Source: Octopus bimaculoides (lineage: Eukaryota). Taken from it: a stretch of 64,000 nt of DNA. Each line of letters begins with the position of its first letter. The stretch's first letter is position 1. The translations under genes and the position numbers were made by a program. This document shows positions 12,071 through 25,861 of this stretch, in pieces. Below the pieces are notes generated by a model. The model worked only from the letters and a program-made list of their open reading frames with translations. It made no database searches and was not told where the DNA came from. The DNA lies in the NCBI RefSeq assembly GCF_001194135.2, contig NC_068982.1, positions 73,178,279 to 73,242,278 on the forward strand. The letters run 5' to 3'.

Positions 12071-13599
12071 AATTGACAGGATGAGATAAAAAAAATCCAA
12101 GGCTGTAAATAGTTTTCAAAACATTTATAAANNNNNNNNNNNNNNNNNNNNNNNNNNNNNNNNNNNNNNNNNNNNNNNNNNNNNNNNNNNNNNNNNNNNN
12201 NNNNNNNNNNNNNNNNNNNNNNNNNNNNNNNNNNNNNNNNNNNNNNNNNNNNNNNNNNNNNNNNNNNNNNNNNNNNNNNNNNNNNNNNNNNNNNNNNNNN
12301 NNNNNNNNNNNNNNNNNNNNNNNNNNNNNNNNNNNNNNNNNNNNNNNNNNNNNNNNNNNNNNNNNNNNNNNNNNNNNNNNNNNNNNNNNNNNNNNNNNNN
12401 NNNNNNNNNNNNNNNNNNNNNNNNNNNNNNNNNNNNNNNNNNNNNNNNNNNNNNNNNNNNNNNNNNNNNNNNNNNNNNNNNNNNNNNNNNNNNNNNNNNN
12501 NNNNNNNNNNNNNNNNNNNNNNNNNNNNNNNNNNNNNNNNNNNNNNNNNNNNNNNNNNNNNNNNNNNNNNNNNNNTATATATATATAAAGAGAGAGAGAG
12601 AGAGAGGTGTAGATTGGTAAAGAGGGGGTAATTAATTCTCGATTGAGAAAATGTGAATGCACAGTAAAACCACAAAACAGTTAATCTAACAACGGAGGCA
12701 CTTCAACGTCAAGTTATAGAGAGTACGGGAGAAAAACCTTGCATATTTTAAGCGGCTATTATTGTGACGTTAGTAAAGTTAGGTAGATGGAAATGGAATC
12801 TTCATGTAGCTAACATTTTATCGTTTTTTTTTTCTATAGTTCCCATTATAGATTAATCTAATGCATGCCATGCGTCTTCTGTTCAATCGTTTATCAAGAA
12901 GAGTGGATGTAGGAGGGGCTTTTCTTGCACTCTGCAATGCCTTTTTTTCTCTATTACTTGTTTCAATCATTGGTCTGCGACCAGGCTGGGGCATCGCCAT
13001 GAAGAGTTTAGTCAAATCGCCCCCAGTGCAGTTATTTTTTTTTTTTTACTCATGTATTTATTATAACGATTTCTTTTGGCTGAATCGATGAGTTACGGGA
13101 GAAATAAACAAACAGATGCCGGTTGTCAAATGATGGGGAGAGGGAAACACATAAACACACGCGTTCAATACACTCACACGCATAGACATACACATGCACA
13201 CACAAAGAAGCACACACACATGTATATTTATATATAAATATACATACATACATACATACATACACACACACACGACAAGCTTCCACGCTGTTTCCATCAA
13301 GTAAATTCATTCACAAGGCATTGACAGGTCCGGGACTATTGTAGAAGGCACTTGCCCGAAGCGTTGTGCAATGGGACTGAACCCGAAACCACTATTTTTT
13401 TCTACCCGGCCAACCATGATGTTGTTTAGAGTCTTGCTCTGTATATTACACTACTTTAGCTCATGAAAATGTTTCCAGAGAAGGATAAGACATCAAAATA
13501 CATATAGTAATTTCTTGACAATGAAACATAGCACGTAGAGACATCGGTAGCCATGGAAATAGGCGCAGTTCTAACACAAAAAGCAAGTCTCCCTTGGAC

Positions 13600-13860
13600 A
13601 TTATTGTCTCGAGTCCAAGGACGCGTACAGCCTATTACCTGATTTCTATGATGTATAAATAACCGAGATCACAACAATCCTTCTGAACGTGACGCCATTC
13701 GGATTCAGGGTTACTCATCTACAGTTGTCTGAACTGGAGCAACTGAAATGAAGTAATTTTGCACAAGAACACAACGCACCGCCTGGTCTGGGAATCGAAA
13801 CCATCATCTTGTGATCGTGATGTAACATTGTAACTACGAGGTCATGCACCTTCACACAGT
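13600..13860 (-). mobile_element. SINE family C (tRNA-derived; ctggagcaac.tgaaatgaagt...gcacaagaacacaacgc)
   Basis: The same domain occurs at ~41315-41545, 45950-46075 and 57429-57689. The reverse complement has the B-box ggtttcgattccc. Confidence 0.75.
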
Positions 13861-14894
13861 CGCAATGTCTTGGGAATTTTTAAGTGAAAATAATAAGAAA
13901 AAACAATTAATTTTCCAAGTATATTGTTTGCCAGTTGCAATTGTTATAAACAGTTGTAAAACATTTGATAAATTATTTCAACTACCTTATCGGTATTAGG
14001 AAAATTTAGCAGAGGACGAATTGGAAATTTTCCAGAATAAATTATTGTTGCTTCGTTTTCACCAATATCCTTTACAAGTATTCAACGGATGTTTGGAAAG
14101 ATAATCCTAACGTTATGTGCAATAGTTAAAATGTCATAATACAAGATCATTATTTGATACGAACATTTAAATAATTTCCACCGGAAGCCAAATCAAATTA
14201 CAAATTACAAATATCTACTTTTCATTTGATGGTCTTCAAGCAATTCTGCAAATCAAGTGCTTTTTCGGAATATATTTCTGGTTTTATTTATTTATTCTTG
14301 GCAAAATGTAAGATAAAACCGAGTCATAGAGTTAATGTAATTCTATATTTCTCTTCAATATATTATTGAAATAAAACGAGTGTCTTAGCGCAAGAGATTA
14401 GCGACTGCCAAACACAAAGAGAACAGCACGATTTCCATTAATATTTCAAGCTATTTCGCTTCAATTTTACTGGTAATCCCCTTTTGTCCATTGACTCAAC
14501 GGTAGCCGTTTATATCGTTCAGGGACAGAATGTCAGTATTGAGAATATTTTGATGATCAAGTAGTCTGCTACAAGGTATGTTAGTTATTGTGACAAAGGA
14601 TAAAGAGTGCATAAGCTGGAGGACTACTATTTCCAACTCTCCTACCAGCTTTGTTCCTCTGCATGAGTTTTGTGGCCCTCCAATAATATCGTTTCATTGC
14701 ACACTGAAAGATATATCTCCGTGATACGCCACCACTTCTCTAAAGATATCGATTGGTTATCTACTAGGATGAACATATGCATGTCCCAGAAAGTAGAAAG
14801 ACTGACTTAAATGTTGAAGTGTTCTAAAAAAATGTTTATCTTTGCATGTTTCCTAAGATGTACACTGGTACCTTAATAATAAGTATATAATAGT

Positions 14895-15165
14895 ATTTTC
14901 TACTGTAAGCAAGAGGCTTGACATTTGGTAGGAGAGAGGGCCTAGTCGATTGCATCGACCCCAGTACTCAACTGGTACTTAATGTATCGACCTCGAAAGG
15001 ATGAAAGGCAAAGCCGACCTTGGCAGAAATTTAATTCAGAACGTAAAGACGGACGAAATGCCGATAAGCAGATTGAGTTCGATAGTGTTTGAACTCAGAA
15101 CGTAAATTCCTGAAAGAAATGCCGCTAAGCATTTTGTCCGTCGCGATTCTGTCATCTCGCTGCCT
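14895..15165 (-). mobile_element. SINE family A
   Basis: Reverse complement of the family A consensus, with a short internal duplication near gaactcagaacgtaaa. Confidence 0.85.
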
Positions 15166-15563
15166 TAAACGTGGATATAATATTAAAGATCTAAGCGTTA
15201 CACATTTGTTTATGATACAGTTTTTCCATCCTACGGATTGTATATTTTGTGGTACTATATAATTTGTTCAAATACCTTTGGATGTTATTGTCGTCGTTTC
15301 CAAGATACTTATTTTTAAAAGACTTGTGGTGGTGGGGGTGGGGGTGGCAGCGGCGGCGGCGGGGTTTTAAACTTCAATTATACCATATCCAATTCTTGTT
15401 TAAGAATGGCAGCTTTTGTTGAATTTCAAGAGCACAAGTAAGATTTCGCAAAACAAAAAATTGTCTCGAGTTTATTAAAACACATTATCATTGTGTTTTC
15501 AATCATAAACACTATAAAGAGCTGCTTTCTATTTACACACTCACAAACACACAGATCCATATA

Positions 15564-15633
<70 letters not shown>

Positions 15634-16119
15634 CATACATAGACACACACACACACACACACACATATATATCATATATATATCCACACACATATACGTA
15701 TGTATGTATGTATGTATGTATGTATGTATAATAGTTTAATAAGGGGAACTCTTACAAATAGTTTTTGTTACATCTTTCAAAAATTGTTTGTAGGAGTCAA
15801 TTATAAAGTGTGGACAAGAGCAGAAAAAAATGAGAGACAAAAGAAAAATAATGATTTTCCGTTTGAAAAAGGTGGCGATTGGAGGAGCTGCAGGAAATGA
15901 CTTATGTTTGTGGGAGGATAAATGAAAGGAAGGAAGAGAGAAGATGGTAAGGTTTTGATGTAAATAGTGGAAAATGTTGTGTGGGTAAGGATTGTGACGA
16001 AAGTCTGGCAGTACTTTAGGAATTCTCCTTTTAGGCTGGGATAGGTGTATAAATAAATAATAGGTGACTAGACCAAGCTATAGAAGAAGACAGGCACAAA
16101 TACAACAAATACATCAGAG

Positions 16120-16410
16120 CAGGTGTCGGGGAACTTTTTTAACCAATTACCCCAAAATATATCTATTTACCCCTTGATTTGAAAGAAAGAAAATCATAGA
16201 TTCTTTGAATTCAAAGGTTTATTAAATCTATTTATAGGAATCTATTTACACGTCCATTACATTGGAGAGATGCAGTGTTGCCAGAAGAAAAATTTCTGTC
16301 GTTAACACGCTTTTATGTAATTTTACTTATGTCAATTGAATCCTCATTACCCCCAAAGAATTTCATTTTTAACCCATTTGGGGTAATTTACCCCGGTTCG
16401 CCGACCCCTG
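16120..16410. mobile_element. hAT (Charlie-type) MITE, 291 bp
   Basis: TIRs are caggtgtcggggaac and gttcgccgacccctg. The 8-bp TSD is catcagag (16112-16119) / cattagag (16411-16418). Confidence 0.85.
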
Positions 16411-16876
16411 CATTAGAGGATATATCCAATAAAATATTCATCACACAGAAAATTTATTTTATGAATCAAATTGAAAACAATTATCGAACAGATGAATACA
16501 TAAACAAAAACTGATAAAACGGAACATAAAATGCATCACTCTTGATCATAAACTAAAATTAATACTACTACACTGCAAAAAAAACACCAGAACCTTCTTG
16601 ACCGGTAGTCACGTGTTAAATTGTTTTGTTCCAGTCAAATTTATTGTCAATTAATACACCATAAGCATGTAAACCTGAAAAGAGTTGTAATTTACAAGTC
16701 TGATTGTTAAACTAAAAGTTGTTAACTTCAGGACGCTAGATGTTAGATTGAATATATTAATACAATACTCTCTTGTAGATTCACCATGCATTTATAGCAA
16801 AAGGCAATCGCAACGCGCTATAACACACACGACAAAACAAAATGAGATAGAAACATACAGGAGAATACTATTTATG

Positions 16877-17530
16877 AAGATATCACCCACATCATAAACA
16901 GTTGTCCGAAAATGTCATCACGATATTATCTACCGATAAAACATGACGTTGTAGCTAGGACACTCTATAATGAAATCAGTCGGAAGGAGAATCCCGAAGA
17001 CAAAGAAATAAGAACCCATAATATGTTAGAAGCCATTGCCACTCATAATAAAAAGGAATACTGGTGGAATGTACCAGTGAAGACCTCAATAAAATGTAAG
17101 CACAATAGACCTGATATAATGATTTAGGATAGAGAAGCGAAACTCTGCACAGTTGTGGGAATTAGCTGCCCAGCGGATGTTAACATAAAGCTGAAGATCA
17201 GAGAAAAAAAGAACACCTATGTTGAACTTTTGAAAAATCTGCAGTTACTCTATCCAGATTACAAGTTCAGGTTTATTCCTGTAATTATTGGGGCCCTGGG
17301 ATATGTAATACACTGCTTAAATACCAACCTTGAGAAATTAGGCTTCTCAAAATCAGAAAGGAGAAAGTTAATTCATAAACTATAGATCCAATCCATCATT
17401 GGAACTGTAAAAATCTGTGAAACTTTCCTGGAGTTTATCATTTAAATATATATGAGCATGTTTAGATATGCAGCTATATGCATGAGAATACATACAAATC
17501 TGCACATACATACATACATACATACATACA

Positions 17531-17564
<34 letters not shown>

Positions 17565-17570
17565 CATACA
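16877..17570 (+). mobile_element. R4/Dong-like element 3' end (CCHC and RLE) truncated in the (CATA)n tract of its 3' UTR
   Basis: Motifs: EDITHIINSCPKMSSRYYLPIKHDVVAR, EYWWNVPVKTSIKCKHNRPDIMI, ISCPADVN and FIPVIIGALG. It is homologous to 37305-38385 on the minus strand. Confidence 0.92.
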
Positions 17571-17571
17571 C

Positions 17572-20190
17572 ACGTATATGCTGAGATACACATATCGAAG
17601 AACGTTGTATTTCAAACTGATAGGAGAGAAAGAATTTATGGTGGAGTTGTAATGTACGCCAAGGAAGATGTCATGCCTGTAGTCCTGCTGTTGCACTCAA
17701 ACACAGTTTGTGACACACTGATAGTACACATTAAACAGATCAAAATGGTTATATGTATCACTTTTTGTCCACTAGATGATCCAAATCATGGGGACTCATT
17801 TGATGCGAGTCTCAAAAAGGTGGAAGGGGGATTAACTAAGTTTAAATGACAGCATTCGCATACTTCTAGACCTCAATCTCCTTAATGTCGAATGGCCAGT
17901 GAGCCGCCTCCTCGACATGTCACTGCATGAACAGAGGGAAGCAGAGTCTCTGCTTGACTTTACATGGAGCAAGTAGTGCTCTACTCAACAAGGGATAAAA
18001 ATATTCTAGACCTCTACTTCACAAATAAGTCGGAGCTCATCCATAATGTTATGGTGATATCGACAATTTTCATGGATAATAATTTAGTAGAACTAACAAT
18101 ACATGCAGAAATCTGTAGGCATGCAGACTACTAGAAGCACCCGACTCCTTTCCAGCCTGAACTTTCATAAAACTGATTGGGAAGGCATTCAGAAAGAAGC
18201 CCCCCAACAAAACTGTTTCGCCAGTCTCTCTGCAGATCCTCTACACAAGATATTGACATAAAGCTACAGCACTTTAAGACAATCATGCATGACACACGTA
18301 GCGAGTTTACTCCTAAGAAAATACCAAGCCATCAGAAAAGCATAATTCCCAGAGATAGGAAGATTAGCAAAGATCTCAAATCGTTTAAAGGATAATGAAG
18401 AATCTTACCTCAAACAAACATTACTTGAGATTGAAAGTGAACTCAAGCACTTTCATGAAAAGAAGACGGCAGAAAAGGAAACCAGGGCTGTAAAGAATGT
18501 AAAAACAAAACCTAATGCCTTCTAAAGTTTGCAAAAGATTCTGTTTTAGTTTGGTACAAGACAGGGCCACTGTTCGAAGAAAATGGCTCACTGAGTATAG
18601 TAGAGAGGATAAATGGAATATTGAATGTGCCTGATGAGTTCGTCGGCACCACGGCTTTACGCAAAAGGTGACAATTATCGATTACATCTAGATAGAGAAA
18701 ACTAATGTAATGTCAGCCATTGATGAAATAGGCTTATACTCAGCTACAGGCCCTGCTGGGTTCTCAGCTATTCTAAAGAAATGCAAAGAGGATCTGGCAG
18801 TGCTTCTGCAGATCCTCTTCCAAAGCTTCCTTGCAACTAGGATGCTAAAAATTATAGGCCCATCTCTTATAGGCCCATGTCAGTAAAGTCATGGAATGCA
18901 TTAGGAGGAGGAAACTGATAAGGTTCCTAGAAGATAATGACTTGCTACTTGACACCTAACATGATTTCCGATCAGGAAAAAGCTGTCTTATTCAGCTTCT
19001 ACAGCATTATAGCTGAGTGTTGAAACATTTAATGAATTACTCAAATGTGGATGTGATATAACTCGATTTTGCAAAGGCCTTTAATAAGGTTGACCTCAAG
19101 GTATGTCACAAGCTGCGGAGACTTGGGAAAGTCGGAGAGTGGTTACATGACTTCTTAAAGACAGATTCCAGGATGAGACAGCCAATGCGGTCCTCTCCAA
19201 GGAGGCAGTAATAGCAAGTTGAATGCCTCAGTGGACTGTCTTGGTGGCTCTCTTAGACATACCATCTATTACACAAATAACCACACTTACTAGCTATGCT
19301 GACGATATAAAAGTAGCACAAGAAGTCAAGGAACCTTCCGATGCTTTATTTCTGCAGGACCTAGATGCAATATATAAACGGGCAGGAAAAACAACATGCA
19401 ATTTATCACGGTAAAATTCCAAGTCCTCTACTATCAGACAACTTGCGCTTACATGCTGCAACAAAGATACTTTGAACCAAAAGCAGTAGCAATCTCAGAA
19501 TTAAACACAGTACATGATCTGAGGACTGACATGAGTAACGACGCATCGTTTCATGTACATATCGCCAAGATGATGGCAATATGCAGGCAAATTTCTGGAC
19601 GGATCCTAAGAATTTCATGACAAGGGACCGGAAAACTATACTGGTTCTATGGAGGGCATATGTCCTCAGCCGTCTGAACTACTGCTCTCAACTGTGGTCA
19701 CCCCAACAGTGTCAAATCATTAGCGAAACTTGAGGCAGTTCAGCTACACTACTGGAAGAAACTGAAAGGATTAAGACTCTACTCGCAGGACAAAAACAGG
19801 AGAGATATGCGATGATATACGTATGGAAGATCCTAGAAGAGTTGGTACCAAACTTTAGCATCGAACCAGACGTCACAGCATTGTTACTCATCCATTCCGT
19901 CTAGAGTGAGGACCATGTACTGCAATAGCTTGGGGTTCAAAAGCCCACAGTTATTTAATATCTTGCCAAAAAGTCTGAGTGATCTACTTGGAGTTGGGGT
20001 AGATGTTTTCATGAAAACAACTTGACCTGTCGCTCAAGATCCCAGATGAACCTACATCACAACAAGCTCAAAAGAGGGCAGTATTATCAAACTCACTCCT
20101 TCACCAAAAACAAATCACAAGAGAATGGCCATTGTACCCCAACTTGACTTCCGCCTTTAAGTCAAAAAGCATTAAAAAAATAAAGAATAC
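17572..20190 (+). mobile_element. CR1/L2-group LINE ORF2 remnant (APE endonuclease and RT), many stops and frameshifts
   Basis: Motifs: VFQTDRRERIYGGVVMY, ILDLYFTNKSELI, YRPISL, DFRSGKSCL, VDVI.LDFAKAF, YADDIKV and FKAHSYLISCQK (the FKGPQLFNILPKSL-type region). Same family as 1863-3240. Confidence 0.9.
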
Positions 20191-20489
20191 ATACATAAAT
20201 GAACTCTAGATTTGACTGATAATGGGAAAATTATGTCTGTAAATGCTGAAAGTCGGTTAAATTGACGATAATCTAGTTGTAATATTTTATTGTTTTAATG
20301 CAAAATAAAAGCATTCATAGGGCACAGACAACTGCACAACATAGAGTTATTAAATTAACATAAAGAACTTGCAATTTTTTACTCCAAAGTACTGTTGCTG
20401 AATATCTCTCGATGTGAGATTTAAAAATAGTAATTTTCTAATTTATAGATCAGTGACTAGTTGTCACTTTGAAAACTGTATATTTCGAA

Positions 20490-22480
20490 CGGGAATTTGG
20501 CAGCGCCACCTCTAGCTGAATAAAGGCGACGAGCGACCTGGAATCCTGGGTTGAGTGAAGTTTGTGTTTGACTATACGTGTAAATCGCTTTGTTGATGCT
20601 TGTTGAAGGTCTTTCGTACCTACAGTTAATTAATTGAATTGTTGAATTGTTATTTTTGCTTAATTGCTTTCTTCCCTATTTATGGGTGAAGTTATAACAA
20701 ACGAAAAAATGGAGACCCAACCAGTCGTTAGCTATGCTGCAGCAACCGGAAAGGGTTTGACTGCGGATGTACTACAAGTGAGAGAAGTGAAATTTGAGGA
20801 GAAAAGATTGAAGGAGTTTAACAAACTCAAACTCATCGCAAAGGAGGGTACCAGCCTGAGGCTGGTGACAGAGAAGACGACGAAAAGTCAGTAGTCTATA
20901 GAACGCTGTCCACAGCAACTAAAAAGGTAGAAATAGCTACGATGGAAGCAGTGGAGGAATGCCTAAAGTACATAAAGTAACTCACGACATTTTATACTAG
21001 ATGAAAGAAGTACGGCACAGTGGAGGTTCGGTTCGCGACCGAACAGGATGCGACAAAGTACTTCATAGTGCCGTTAAGGTTGTCAGAGTGGGCACGACTG
21101 CCAACCTACAATGGCAAACGTGCGGTCAGAGTTAGGATTGGCAGAGTGCCTCCAGAGATCGATGAGGCGTGGCTGGTAGCAGCCATCCTCTTCAATACGG
21201 AGGAAAAAACAAGAATTTCCAAGGTTACAAGAACAACAGAGGTAAACTTATGGGGATACGGCCTCGAGGTGACGGCCCAAATCAGTTTACCGGATTTACA
21301 TAAAATCACAGAATAGATTGTATTACCAGAGGATGTAAAACTGAGAGTGGTAGCGTTTTCGCCTCTTCTAAATGGCTATGAGAAATTTATTTCTCCTAGC
21401 CGACGAGGAGGATGGGGCGTGGTGGTCCTACTCAGGAAGACCTTGGACTTACAAGTAAGTACAGTCTTTCTGGACCCACAAGGTAGGCTGGTCATCCTAG
21501 ATGTGACCCACGCTAGTAAATAGTCCTTCAGGTTGGTAGCTGTCTATGCTCCTAAAGAGTGTAGGCAGTCTGGTTATTTTCGAGACCTGGAGCACTTTCT
21601 AGTGACGTCAAAAACGGTAGTTCTGTTAGGAGACTTTAACGCTATACTCGATGCACGGGTGGATAGTGTTGGCTTGACTGATAGGAGGGAAAATCCTAGC
21701 CTCAAGGGTCTACTAGAAAGCTATAATCTAGTAGACCGTTACAGACTGGATGAGCCGAGCGATCCACAGTGGACGTGGAGTAATAACGACGGCTCACACA
21801 GATCTTATATAAACTGAGTATTCGTTAGAGAAAGAGATCGAAATACTTTTAGTTGTCCACAATTTTGTATTGTACCTTACACGGATCACAAATTTGAGAC
21901 ATGTGAGGTGCATATAGATACATGTCATAGACAGGGACCCGGGGTACTGAAGATTAACAAGTCCATTTTAACTTGTGAAGCCTTCCGTGCCCGGATTAAG
22001 GATTTAGTACAGAGGGAACTATGTGGCGCCATCATTAATAATAGATGGTGGAACGCCCTCAATAGAGTCATTCGTTTAGATTCTATTAGATTTAGCAATC
22101 AGCTAAGTTTAGATAGATCTAGAATAGAAAGGGAATTAGTTAAGAATTTAGACGAGGCTATGGAATGTGGCTCTGCAGCTAGAGTGCTGGCGGCGAGAAC
22201 GGTCTTGTACCGTCACCTCAAAGCCAAACACGAAGGCTGCAGAGTTAGAGCTGAGCTACGTGCAGTGGGCCAAGAAGGTATTAACGTTGCCGGATGGGCC
22301 CGTCGTGTGGAGTGTCAGAGGGGCAAACAAGTTTCTATAAAGTCTTTAACTGACGAACAGGGGTGCAAGAGCTATGGATAAGAAAAGATGCAAAAGGCCT
22401 TTCACCAGCATTTCGCCCGGTTGTTTGGGCAGAACTACACGCTCGAGCGTAGGGAGTCCCTAAAGGGCTTCCTCGCCGGT
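20490..22480 (+). mobile_element. Tx1/L1-clade LINE 5' portion: 5' UTR, ORF1 part and APE endonuclease; internally deleted, no RT
   Basis: ORF1-like segments are METQPVVSYAAATG and RVRIGRVPPEIDEAWLVAAI. Endonuclease motifs are DPQGRLVILDV, LVAVYAP, VLLGDFNAILD, WTWSN and YTDHK, followed by GPGVLKINKSIL. Confidence 0.88.
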
Positions 22481-22727
22481 GGGCCGCTCCAGCATGACCG
22501 CAGTCTAATAACTGAAACAAGTAAAAAATATATACATGCATACATATAAGTTCGAAGTATTGATTTGGTCCAATAGTAGAACGTCTGTATTCGATTTTCT
22601 ATTTGGTTTGCAGAATTCTTGATGTGAAACATATTTTGTTATATCTCGGGATGGTGATTATGCCAATAATAAACATTGTTATGGTGATAATGACCCTCCC
22701 GAGATACAACTACATAGATAGATAGAT

Positions 22728-22772
<45 letters not shown>

Positions 22773-23124
22773 CACAAAATACAATTTTGGTTTATTTTGG
22801 GGTTTCGTTTTGTTCTGTTTTTTTTATGTGTTTTTGTTTTTTGGTGGGTGGAGCGAGGCCTGCTGGAAGTTTCTCTTGATAGTGTTAAAGGATTCTTTCC
22901 AATTGCGAATTTATTTCCATGCAAATTCATTTTTTGATTGATTAATTCTATAAATCGAAAAGAAATTATCATCGCATTTTTTGGGTTGTCTTTTTTTTTT
23001 CATGTTTAATGAATTAAAAAGATTTTTTGAAAGAACATTTCACCGGAATATATGAAAAATGTCATTCACAGAAAAATATCTCATGTAATAGAAAACCATT
23101 TCCAGTCTCATTTTTTCTTTTATT

Positions 23125-23329
23125 CTTTTACTTGTTTCAGTCATTTGACTGCGGCCATGCTGGAACACTGCCATTTAGTCGAAGAAATCGACCCCAGGAC
23201 TTATTCTTTCTAAGCCCGGTACATATTCTATCGTACATATTCTTGTGCCGAACCGCTAAGTTACGGATACGTAAAAACACCAACATCGGTTGCCAAGCGA
23301 TGGTAGGTGGGACAAACACAAACACACAT

Positions 23330-23369
<40 letters not shown>

Positions 23370-23680
23370 NNNNNNNNNNNNNNNNNNNNNNNNNNNNNNN
23401 NNNNNNNNNNNNNNNNNNNNNNNNNNNNNNNNNNNNNNNNNNNNNNNNNNNNNNNNNNNNNNNNNNNNNNNNNNNNNNNNNNNNNNNNNNNNNNNNNNNN
23501 NNNNNNNNNNNNNNNNNNNNNNNNNNNNNNNNNNNNNNNNNNNNNNNNNNNNNNNNNNNNNNNNNNNNATATATATACGACGGGCTTCTTTTCAGTTTCC
23601 ATCTACCAAATCCACTCACAAAGCTTTGGTCGGCCCGAGGCTATAGTAGAAGACACTTGCCCAAGGTGCAACGCAGAATA
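23125..23680 (-). mobile_element. SINE family B, near full length, with an internal (CA)n tract (gapped)
   Basis: Tail tcagtcatttgactgcggccatgctggaacac at 23135, body gtaaaaacaccaacatcggttgccaagcg, and head gggcttcttttcagtttccatctaccaaatcc at 23582. Confidence 0.85.
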
Positions 23681-23719
23681 TTTTGAATATTTATTGAAAC
23701 ACGCATTCAGTATCTTGCA

Positions 23720-23935
23720 AAAAGTTTTCGAAGTATGGCTTTATCTGTTATACCTGATGAACCTACATCACAGCAAGAAATGCAAAGAAGGGAAGCTGTG
23801 GCCAACTCTCTACTTCGTCAAGACCTATTCCAGAGAAATGACATGGAAATTAATCTAAGATAAACAAGCATTAGCGCAAACGGTGGTATTCCACCATGGT
23901 CACAACCTTTGGCTAAAACCGATAATAAAGCAGCA
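23720..23935 (+). mobile_element. CR1-group LINE extreme 3' fragment with tail
   Basis: Reads IPDEPTSQQEMQRREAVANSLL, then the degenerate tail ggtggtattccaccatggtcacaacc. Confidence 0.7.
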
Positions 23936-24581
23936 GAATAACAGAATTTTAAAAGTCCTAAAATCTATCAAGGATTACACCAAACTGATGGTATCAGAGA
24001 ATGGTCTCTCCCAGGATCGCTTAAACTCCTCAGTCATTGGTTTTATTGGTCAAATATTCACCGTGCTTTCATATAGACACTTTAATAGCAGTAAGCCTCC
24101 GACTGAGCACACAAAGCACACAAATATACAAGGAAAATTTGTACAAATATAATAACATATGTCTGTGTGACGTATATCTTTTTATTCAAAGTTAACAACA
24201 GCAAAAAAAATTCATCCTGTTACGGTATCGTTAACAACATATTGCATAGGAAACCAAAATCAATAATCGATGTATATTGATGATTATTTACTAAAAAAAA
24301 ACTAAAAGCTGGTCTTTTGGTGATATGATATTGAAAATATTAATATATTTCCATAACGTTGTTCTCTAATGTAATCCCTAGATATAAGGTAACGAGAGGG
24401 CGGAATCGGTAGCATGTCGAACAACATGCTTAGTTGCATTTATTCCGGCTCTTTATGTTCTGAGTTCAAATCCCACTGATATCGACTTTGCCTTTCCTGA
24501 GGTCAATGCAATCGACTTGCCCCTTCAAAAATGCTGGCCTTGAAAGCTGAATTGGACAGGCGTCCCCCCACCCCTCATATA

Positions 24582-24616
<35 letters not shown>

Positions 24617-24995
24617 CGGCCTGCTCACAGTTTCCGTCGACCAAATTCAGTTATAAGCTATTGATCGGATCAGACCTGTAGTTAAAGGCACTTTACCCCA
24701 GATGCTACGCAGTGAAACTGAACCCGAAAACACATGGTTATCATGCGAGCTTCTTAATCACACAGCCATACCTGAGGGTAGTTTTGTGTCTATCTAAACT
24801 GTTAAAGATAGCTGTAAGGCAATATTTCCTTTAACCTACTTCAGACTTAGTTCCTCAGAGACATTATACAACAGCTTCTATCTTACATTGTAGATGAGGT
24901 TGCATTAAAAATTCATTTTCCGTGGGGAATTTCAAATTGAGAAAGTTCTTATCAGTTGCACAGTAATCCCAATACCTAGGAGATTCAGTTGTGTT

Positions 24996-25861
24996 TACGA
25001 GATGGTATCTTAAAGTTTCCGGACTATTATGTTTAATAAAAAAATTATTTATTTACCTAAGTTTTAACATCATCTCTTTCGCAATAGTCACCTTGCACAG
25101 CAATACACCGGTCCTAGCGTTCCTGCCACTTTTGGAATCCAACCTGAAAGTCGTTTTCCTTAAGTGAATCGAGGATCTTCTGCAATTCGCTCTTGATCTC
25201 AACAACGGTGTTAAAAATGCGACCTTTGAGCTGCATTTTCAACTTGGAAAAGAGATGGAAGTCTGCAGGTGGTAAATCTGGCGTATATGGCGGGTGCAGA
25301 ACCGATACCACGTTCTTTTTGGCGAGAAACACACGAATGAAGAAGGCTCGATGACAGGGTGCATTGTCGTTGTGAATAATCTAATTCCTCACAGTAGAAC
25401 TCTCGATTGGTGGTCTGGCCTTAGGGGACGAATTCTCGGTGCACAATGCCACTTTTCCGGGGATGACGTTCGTGACAAGTCTTCCAGATCGCTCGCCGTC
25501 TTCCAGACGTTCTCCTGCTTTTGAAGCGCCCGTGCTACCCGAAACATTGCGTACACCTCATTGACACATCGCTGTAAGCTTATTGAAGGACGTTCACTGT
25601 CTCTGTTGCAGACTTTCCAAGTTTAACACAAAATTTCACGTTGGCTCTTTGTTCCAACTTCCTGTTCTTGACAAAATCGCAGACTACAACATACACGTGA
25701 TCCCAAGAACACATTTTTCACAACTTGCAAAGTAAACACAACAATGTCACATGGCACACTGACTCATGGCCACTGCTAGCTCTCACTGCGCACGCAACAG
25801 TGTGCTGTTATCTGTTGGTGCGCTACAGAACTGTCTGGGAACTTTTTGATACCTCCTCGTA
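24996..25861 (-). mobile_element. Internally deleted mariner (DD34D) element with both TIRs and TA TSDs
   Basis: TIRs are TAcgagatggtatcttaaagtttccggact and (rc) TAcgaggaggtatcaaaaagttcccagaca. The transposase C-terminus reads HPPYTPDLPPADFHLFSKLKMQLKG...FQKWQER. Confidence 0.92.

Noticed and set aside
12810-12940. Strong branch-point and acceptor (gctaac...ttttttctatag) at 12839
   Set aside because: All three frames hit stops within ~25 nt, I found no convincing donor, and the downstream ORF runs into a SINE tail.
14520-14580. Possible 54-nt exon (cag|ggac...caag|gtatgt)
   Set aside because: There are stop codons in all three frames.
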